IMG/VR virus record: IMGVR_UViG_2703718848_000014
DNA length: 4,476 nucleotides
Strand: one strand, 5' to 3'
Origin: a virus
Taxonomy: Duplodnaviria; Heunggongvirae; Uroviricota; Caudoviricetes
This document shows, piece after piece, positions 1-4,476 of the stretch. The notes beneath the pieces are model-generated. The model saw nothing but the letters and a program-made list of their open reading frames with translations. It made no database searches and was not told where the DNA came from. The stretch's first letter is position 1, and each line of letters opens with the position of its first letter. A program made the translations under genes and the position numbers.

Positions 1-18
1 CTCCTATTATCGGCACCA
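1..18 (+). tRNA. thrW: 3'-terminal 18 nt of a tRNA gene (tRNA-Thr, thrW-like), truncated by the window start; probable prophage attachment-site core
   Basis: CTCCTATTATCGGCACCA reads as end of T-loop (CT), T-stem 3' strand (CCTAT), acceptor 3' strand (TATCGGC), discriminator A and encoded CCA. It matches my recollection of the 3' end of enterobacterial tRNA-Thr(CGU) thrW, the known P22 integration target. Only 18 nt are visible, so a cloverleaf cannot be confirmed. The converging integrase stop codon is 15 nt away. Confidence 0.55.
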
Positions 19-32
19 TTTAAATCAATAAG

Positions 33-1196
33 TTACACATCATTAGTACCTTCCTTATTTTTTGACTGGGACAAATTTGGGACCGATGGGTTCAGGATCG
101 AGTCTATTTGCCGTGCGTGTTCGGTAAGGTGATTAGGTGCAAGGTGAGCATATCGACGAACCATTTCGATAGACTCCCAGCCTCCCATTTCCTGTAACAC
201 TGACAACGGGACTCCGGCTTGAACCAGCCAACTTGCCCAGGTGTGTCTCAAGTCGTGAAATCTGAAATCATCAATACCAGCCCGTCTCAGCGCCGCTTTC
301 CAGGCTGTGTTTGCGTCATACCGCATCTTCCTTACTGTTGGCGCTTTCGTTCCGTCTGGTTTGGTACAGCTTTCCTTGTACACAAATACCCAACGGTGAT
401 GATTCCCGATTTGTTTTTTCAAAACGCGACATGCAGTATCATTCAGCGCAACGCCGATTGCGCGGTTTGATTTACTCTCTTCCGGGTTTATCCATGCCAC
501 CCGGCGCTGCATATCTATTTGTTGCCATTCAAGGTTGATGATGTTCGAGCGTCTTAAGCCTGTTGCCAGTGCAAATTCAACAACAGACTTTAATGGCTCC
601 GGACATTCATCAATCAGCCTTTGTGCTTCATGGGGCTCCAGCCAGCGGATCCGTTTATTCTTTGGTTGAGGCACTTTAATAATTGGTGCCTTATCCAGCA
701 TTTTCCATTCACGCTCTGCGGCTCTTAGTAGGGCCTTTATAAATGAAAGATGCGTAGCCTTCGTTGCAACGGACGCTGGTTTTGGCGTGTATTCTGGAAC
801 AGGTTTCCCTTTTTTTCTGCATGCTTCTGCCCTGAGTTTCCAGTTTTCCTCATGACGCCGGTTCGTCATTTTCTGCATTGCTGAATAAATTTTTGATTCA
901 GTAATGTCTCTTAGTTGCATTCCTGCGAAATGTTGAAGCCAGAATCCGATCCGGCTTTTGTCATCGTCCAGTGATTTTTTATGTGCTTTCTCTTCAAGCC
1001 ACCTGACACATGCTTCCTCGAACGTTATATCAGGTATTTCACCAAGTTTACTGACCCGCCATGCTTCAGCCTTTAGCTTGTCATGGAGTTCTGTCGCCTG
1101 CCTTTTGTCCTTTGTTCCAAGAGACTGTTTAAATCTTTTACCGTTCGGCAATGTGAAACTGGCGTACCATATTTCACCTCTGCGGAAGAGTGACAT
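33..1196 (-). CDS. int: phage tyrosine integrase (site-specific recombinase), P22/DLP12-like, 387 aa
   Basis: ORF begins [41 protein letters not shown], which I recognise as the P22-family Int N-terminus. C-terminal catalytic signature is present: HDLRHT (H-x-x-R box) and RRYAHL (catalytic Tyr). SD-like GAGGAAAG lies 5 nt upstream of the ATG at 1196. Position next to a tRNA 3' end fits an attL-side integrase. Confidence 0.95.
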   Translation of the reverse strand: MSLFRRGEIWYASFTLPNGKRFKQSLGTKDKRQATELHDKLKAEAWRVSKLGEIPDITFEEACVRWLEEKAHKKSLDDDKSRIGFWLQHFAGMQLRDITESKIYSAMQKMTNRRHEENWKLRAEACRKKGKPVPEYTPKPASVATKATHLSFIKALLRAAEREWKMLDKAPIIKVPQPKNKRIRWLEPHEAQRLIDECPEPLKSVVEFALATGLRRSNIINLEWQQIDMQRRVAWINPEESKSNRAIGVALNDTACRVLKKQIGNHHRWVFVYKESCTKPDGTKAPTVRKMRYDANTAWKAALRRAGIDDFRFHDLRHTWASWLVQAGVPLSVLQEMGGWESIEMVRRYAHLAPNHLTEHARQIDSILNPSVPNLSQSKNKEGTNDV

Positions 1197-1423
1197 TTTC
1201 TTTCCTCTGTTATGCCATCACCCGCGCTCACCTGGACAGTATGCAGCGGAGACTGAAGAGCCGCAATGCAGGCTTGTCGTGTTGTGAGGTAAGGAGATTT
1301 ATTCTTAGTGGGATCTTTGCGTGTTGCCTGAAGACGCCCTGTGCGTATCCAGTTAATAGCAGTCGGTCTGGATATCTTGAGAAAATGACAGGCCTCATCG
1401 AGTGTGAGGCTGTATGGCTCCAT
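1073..1423 (-). CDS. xis: excisionase / recombination directionality factor (helix-turn-helix), 116 aa
   Basis: Start taken at the internal ATG (1421-1423) of the 144-aa ORF, giving [31 protein letters not shown], a typical N-terminal HTH of phage excisionases. Strong SD AAGAGGTGA precedes this ATG at good spacing. The ATG overlaps the stop of the upstream ORF (TAATG). The 3' end overlaps the int start by 124 nt in another frame, as in lambdoid xis-int pairs. Confidence 0.8.
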   Translation of the reverse strand: MEPYSLTLDEACHFLKISRPTAINWIRTGRLQATRKDPTKNKSPYLTTRQACIAALQSPLHTVQVSAGDGITEERKCHSSAEVKYGTPVSHCRTVKDLNSLLEQRTKGRRQNSMTS

Positions 1424-1680
1424 TATTTCACCTCTTGCTGTGACATTGTTGAAAAACGGATACCAGCTCGTTGCTGCCAGACGATCCAACCGAGAGTCAT
1501 ATCCCATGCCATGTATTCATTATCGCCGTTTTTTGCTCTCCGACGATCGACTGTTTTACCGAAACGCTTTTCCATAAATAATTCATAGGCTGCGCGTTCA
1601 TCTGGCTCAACTTCCAGAGATGCCAGTGCAATAAAACTCAATGCTCTGCACTTTATTCCGTGCGCGCTCAAGCAGTGCAT
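1423..1680 (-). CDS. small hypothetical phage protein (ea-region), about 85 aa; N-terminus uncertain, possibly frameshifted
   Basis: Open frame whose stop overlaps the xis start (TAATG), so at least its C-terminal two-thirds (...PDERAAYELFMEKRFGKTVDRRRAKNGDNEYMAWDMTLGWIVWQQRAGIRF...) is very likely translated. The ATG at 1680 has no SD. A well-placed SD plus an ATGA stop/start overlap with the upstream gene occurs instead at 1702 in a different frame (see findings). Confidence 0.5.
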   Translation of the reverse strand: MHCLSAHGIKCRALSFIALASLEVEPDERAAYELFMEKRFGKTVDRRRAKNGDNEYMAWDMTLGWIVWQQRAGIRFSTMSQQEVK

Positions 1681-1698
1681 GGTAGTTAATTTCGGTTG

Positions 1699-2577
1699 TC
1701 ATACCCCTACCTCTTCGAATTCCAATTTCAATTGATCACCCCAGATTTCACATGACTCTGAACACGAACCGGTATCGAATCGCCTGGCCTGTACCATCGC
1801 CTGATACAAATTTCTGTAGTCGCTGTTGGCAGACATTCTGGCAATTCCGTCAAGCGTCAGGTGACCACGGTACATAATGTCTTTACCTGTTCTGCGATGA
1901 CCATCCCTGACGTGTTTGCCTGTAACCAGCTCATTAAAAACTCGCATCAGACCTGGTTCGTCTTTACATGCAAGCCCCAGCTTTTGCGTTGACTTTTTGA
2001 TGCAGAAAACACAGTTCCCGAGATGCTCCGGGATTTGCAAATCAAAAGGTTGTTTTCGCCACCACCGGATAACATCCGACTTATCAAAATCTGACAGCTC
2101 GGCAAGATACCGGACGCCCGATTTCGGTTTCAGCCTACGGGGTTCGTCTGCACGAATACCCAGCCATGTGATGTAATTACCTCGCCCGAAATGGTTATCG
2201 CAGTATTTCGTGAAAGGGATGAGTTTTAGCCTGTCAGTACAGAACGCGCCGCCGATGTATGGCGTGCCGTACTTTTTAACCATGTCCATAAACGGTTTAA
2301 GCACCGGCATTCGTGTCTGAATATCCTTTGGCTCCCATTCTGTATAACCATTTGGCTGCCCAAGCTCAGGATTTATATCGACCTGTAACACAGTTAGTGG
2401 TATGTCCCAGAACTTTACAACCTCCCGGATAAAGCGGTATGTCAGCGGATGTTCGCAACCGGTATCCATAAAGATATAGCAGACGTTATTGCCAGCCTTT
2501 CTTTGTTCTTCCATCAGGTGAACAAGATATGCGGATGTTCTCCCGCCAGAAAAACTAACTACATGAGTTATGCACAT
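1699..2577 (-). CDS. PAPS-reductase-like / PP-loop ATP pyrophosphatase family protein (phage-type, Cys-rich C-terminus), about 292 aa
   Basis: N-terminus MCITHVVSFSGGRTSAYL carries the PP-loop motif (SGGxxS) just after the first beta-strand, as in the PAPS reductase/DndC/QueC superfamily. The C-terminal part has paired cysteines (NCVFC, CSESC) compatible with a metal or Fe-S site. Start chosen at ATG 2575-2577, which overlaps the HD gene stop by 10 nt. The longer ORF-track start at 2694 lies deep inside the HD gene without an SD. Confidence 0.8.
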   Translation of the reverse strand: MCITHVVSFSGGRTSAYLVHLMEEQRKAGNNVCYIFMDTGCEHPLTYRFIREVVKFWDIPLTVLQVDINPELGQPNGYTEWEPKDIQTRMPVLKPFMDMVKKYGTPYIGGAFCTDRLKLIPFTKYCDNHFGRGNYITWLGIRADEPRRLKPKSGVRYLAELSDFDKSDVIRWWRKQPFDLQIPEHLGNCVFCIKKSTQKLGLACKDEPGLMRVFNELVTGKHVRDGHRRTGKDIMYRGHLTLDGIARMSANSDYRNLYQAMVQARRFDTGSCSESCEIWGDQLKLEFEEVGV

Positions 2578-3104
2578 TTGCGTAATTCCGATAACTCGTT
2601 GAAGCGTTCCATAAACATCCCGTAGGCATGGCCCGGTGCCAGTGGAATAACTTTGAACATCTCTGTTGCCGGGATACCTTCCAGTACAGGCCATAAAGAG
2701 CCATCATCAAGCCCGAGATCACGGCGTTCGGTTGCCAGCATAATGAGATCGGCATATTTCACGGGCGTGCTCATAACCGGGGGTAACCCGTATTTCTCAC
2801 GGATTACGGCGTCTATTTTTTCTTCCATCCGTTTATAGCCAGGAAGAAGGCGTTTCAGTTGCGCGGGGATGTCCTGACAATACGCTTCTGTTGCATCATG
2901 CATTAACGCTTCAAAGGCGAACTCTGGCGCCACAAGTTGACTGCACAGAACGGAATGCTGCGCCACGCTGTAAAAATCCGGCAAGTGTCCCGCGAAGCGG
3001 CAGATATTTGAAAGCGCACCGGCGATATCCTCGATATAAATATCGTCAATGGTGGAGTTGATATAATTGAACTTCTTACCGGTAAGAGTCTGGATAAAAC
3101 TCAT
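2568..3104 (-). CDS. HD-domain phosphohydrolase, YfbR-like (5'-deoxynucleotidase family), 178 aa
   Basis: Motifs SVAQHS (first His) and LMHDATEAYCQDIP (HD dyad) match the spacing and pattern recalled for E. coli YfbR (…SEHS…YHDASEVLTGDLP…). Strong SD AAGGAG lies 8 nt upstream of the ATG at 3102-3104. It is the first gene of the tightly coupled leftward block. Confidence 0.8.
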   Translation of the reverse strand: MSFIQTLTGKKFNYINSTIDDIYIEDIAGALSNICRFAGHLPDFYSVAQHSVLCSQLVAPEFAFEALMHDATEAYCQDIPAQLKRLLPGYKRMEEKIDAVIREKYGLPPVMSTPVKYADLIMLATERRDLGLDDGSLWPVLEGIPATEMFKVIPLAPGHAYGMFMERFNELSELRKCA

Positions 3105-3261
3105 CGTTAGTTCTCCTTAATTGGTGCGCTGCACCGCACGATTTTTGGTTGCACGAATCCCTCGCCATAAGGCGATTAAAAGTTTTGGTTTCGTTTCAGT
3201 AAATGCCCCATCCAGAGGCACTTAGTGCAACGGGCGGCTGCCATCGCCAGTTATTTTCCCC

Positions 3262-3346
3262 ACTCAATTGAAAGCGCGTTCCGGAGGTTTTGGACTTAAC
3301 GAACTGGCACTTAATGACAAGGGACAGAACGCGCTTTCAGTTGAGT
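3262..3346. repeat. inverted repeat: 20-bp arms (3262-3281 and 3327-3346) separated by 45 bp
   Basis: Left arm ACTCAATTGAAAGCGCGTTC; right arm GAACGCGCTTTCAGTTGAGT. 19 of 20 positions are Watson-Crick complementary. The single exception is a T/G pair that would be a G-U wobble in a plus-strand RNA but an A-C mismatch in a minus-strand RNA. Confidence 0.6.
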
Positions 3347-3492
3347 AAAAAGGTGGCTATTCATCAGAACATTGTCGCCTTCATTAGGTTTATCTGTTGA
3401 AGATCTGTAAGCCGCTTATAAATAAGTAGATATAAGATATTAGGAAAAGAAGAAGGACGTTATAGTTTTATTTGTGATGTGCAAAGTATATT

Positions 3493-3516
3493 TGAATAAA
3501 ACCCGCCCAGCGGGTT
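3493..3516 (-). terminator. rho-independent terminator for the AT-rich gene
   Basis: On the minus strand, 10 nt after the TAA stop of the 198-aa ORF: stem AACCCGC, loop TGG, stem GCGGGTT, immediately followed by TTATTCA (T-rich tail). Confidence 0.6.
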
Positions 3517-3526
3517 CTAAAGTGTT

Positions 3527-4123
3527 TTAATGATTGTCGTGATAATTAATTGGCTCATCATTTTTTTTGTCTGGCATAGTTATGGACCACTTTATATTCT
3601 TTAGGCTGTTATGTTTTTTATTGACCTTAAGCTCTCTCTTTGCTTCAGAGATAATATCGTCTAGTAATACTTTTAATTTATCAAGTCTTGACTTGTGGGC
3701 ATCTATCAACTCTATACTATCAAACTCCCATTGTATAAATAGATTTTCTTCATTTTCAATGAATGAACGGATTTTATCCCCACACTCTTCTGTTAAGAAT
3801 AATGAAGATAGCTCACCTATTCTACTGAGTTTTTCAAGCTCATTAGAGAAAGATTTGCTAAGGATTTCATTTTCTTCTTTTGATTTGTAACTAAAGTAGG
3901 TTGGGAATTGTGAGGTGTGATGTAACTCCTGTTTATACCAATAGTCAGCTGTGTTTTTTAGAAGATAAACACAGTCAACTAATTGCGTATACAAATCTAT
4001 TCTTTTGTCCCACCATTTTTCTTTATAATAACGGCCGAGTGCATATCGCGCAGTTAAGTAAGCTGCGATTGAGCCTGTAACAAGTCCGATAATTACCTTT
4101 GATATAAGGTCATGCCAATCCAT
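3527..4123 (-). CDS. hypothetical membrane-anchored protein, 198 aa, in AT-rich cassette (moron-like); function unknown, candidate exclusion/defence protein
   Basis: Long ORF in a region of markedly lower GC than the flanking phage genes (judged by eye at roughly one-third GC versus about half). N-terminus MDWHDLISKVIIGLVTGSIAAYLTARYAL followed by GRYYKEKWWDKR is a single predicted TM helix with a positive flank. The remainder is K/E/Y/W-rich and I recognise no family. Weak SD AGGGAAAA is 5 nt upstream of the ATG; its own terminator follows. Confidence 0.75.
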   Translation of the reverse strand: MDWHDLISKVIIGLVTGSIAAYLTARYALGRYYKEKWWDKRIDLYTQLVDCVYLLKNTADYWYKQELHHTSQFPTYFSYKSKEENEILSKSFSNELEKLSRIGELSSLFLTEECGDKIRSFIENEENLFIQWEFDSIELIDAHKSRLDKLKVLLDDIISEAKRELKVNKKHNSLKNIKWSITMPDKKNDEPINYHDNH

Positions 4124-4476
4124 TTTTATTTTCCCTACATTATGTTATATAATTGTTCATATCATACAATTGTTGAGTATAGATGTCTCGTTATTCATCA
4201 ACATTTACTCCTGTTAAATTAGGGGGAGGATGTATTAAAAATATTCATCTGGGTCGTCTAAATATTTTTGATAAACTAATAGCAATAACACTATCAGTAT
4301 TGCCTGCCCTCACGTCGTTCTTGCTCTCGCGCGATTTTTAACTAAACACTAGCAGGATTTATCATGGTGCTACGCTACATTTACTTGTAGGGAGCTAAAC
4401 AGATCATTGACGCTGAAAATATTCAAATTGTTAAAGAGCGAAGCGTCCTATGGGCGTTTTGTTGCTAACGAATCAT

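Larger units (their letters stand above)
1..4476. mobile_element. partial prophage (P22-like lambdoid), attL/int-proximal arm extending beyond the right edge of the window
   Basis: tRNA 3' end abutting a converging integrase, then xis, then accessory genes all in the leftward (pL-like) orientation, then an AT-rich moron. The right boundary is not in the window. Confidence 0.75.

Noticed and set aside
51-63. T-run (TTATTTTTT) downstream of the tRNA as a tRNA terminator
   Set aside because: It lies inside the integrase coding sequence (encoding the KNKEG C-terminal residues) and has no convincing preceding hairpin. It cannot be called a terminator from sequence alone.
219-538. Plus-strand ORFs 219-470 (83 aa) and 311-538 (75 aa)
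   Set aside because: Entirely antisense to the integrase gene, which has strong family motifs; low-complexity translations with no RBS support. Shadow ORFs.
1424-1507. N-terminal extension of xis to 144 aa (start at 1507)
   Set aside because: The extension overlaps the 3' part of the upstream ORF and has no SD. The internal ATG at 1423 has a strong SD and stop/start coupling, and gives a typical 116-aa excisionase.
958-1588. Plus-strand ORFs 958-1287 (109 aa) and 1190-1588 (132 aa)
   Set aside because: Antisense to the int/xis/small-ORF block, Ser/Cys/Leu-rich translations with no motifs or SD. Shadow ORFs.
1916-2176. Plus-strand ORF 1916-2176 (86 aa)
   Set aside because: Antisense within the PAPS-reductase-like gene; Ser/Arg-rich, no start context.
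2578-2694. N-terminal extension of the PAPS-reductase-like ORF to 331 aa (start at 2694)
   Set aside because: It would overlap the HD gene by 127 nt with no SD. The ATG at 2577 sits just before the first beta-strand and PP-loop and is coupled to the HD stop.
2555-2838. Minus ORF 2555-2755 (66 aa) and plus ORF 2653-2838 (61 aa)
   Set aside because: Both lie inside the HD-hydrolase gene, in an alternative frame or antisense; the HD frame carries the conserved H...HD motifs.
3146-3165. tRNA-like T-arm resemblance (GGTTGCACGAATCCC)
   Set aside because: No 5-bp stem flanking a 7-nt TTCRANY-type loop can be built, and no acceptor stem or anticodon arm is evident nearby. Chance similarity.
3262-3346. 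Inverted repeat as the ends of an IS or MITE
   Set aside because: Total span is only 85 bp, there is no transposase ORF, and I see no flanking direct target-site duplication. Kept as a structural repeat, with mobile origin unproven.
3567-3890. Plus-strand ORF 3567-3890 (107 aa)
   Set aside because: Antisense to the 198-aa AT-rich gene; Ser/Leu/Phe-rich translation typical of the complement of a K/E-rich gene. The minus-strand gene has the start context and terminator.
1-4476. CRISPR array or other regularly spaced direct repeats
   Set aside because: No series of equally spaced near-identical repeats was found by eye; only one degenerate pair of direct repeats and one inverted repeat.
4450-4476. 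Plus-strand ATG at 4450 opening a frame that runs off the right edge (MGVLLLTNH...)
   Set aside because: Only 9 codons are visible and the SD is poor. It may be the start of the next gene but is unsupported within this window.

Overview
This 4.5 kb window looks like the attL-proximal (left) arm of a P22-like lambdoid prophage inserted at a tRNA-Thr gene. All identifications are from reading the sequence and recalled family knowledge; no database search was run. Positions 1-18 match the 3' end of a thrW-type tRNA-Thr (ending CCA). Every confident gene is on the minus strand and reads toward that junction as one tightly packed leftward operon: a YfbR-like HD-domain hydrolase (2568-3104), a PAPS-reductase/PP-loop family protein (1699-2577), a small ORF with an ambiguous start (1423-1680), excisionase (1073-1423) and a 387-aa tyrosine integrase (33-1196). 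Consecutive genes are linked by overlapping stop/start codons. Upstream of this block is an unusually long non-coding gap (3105-3526) holding a 20-bp-arm inverted repeat and a dyad just before the HD gene. Beyond it lies a sharply AT-rich cassette: a 198-aa protein with one N-terminal transmembrane helix and no family I recognise (3527-4123), with its own intrinsic terminator (3493-3516) and an AT-rich leader. I consider that cassette the best candidate for an undescribed accessory function (exclusion/defence-like moron), with the HD plus PAPS-reductase-like pair second. No CRISPR array, rRNA or transposase is evident.
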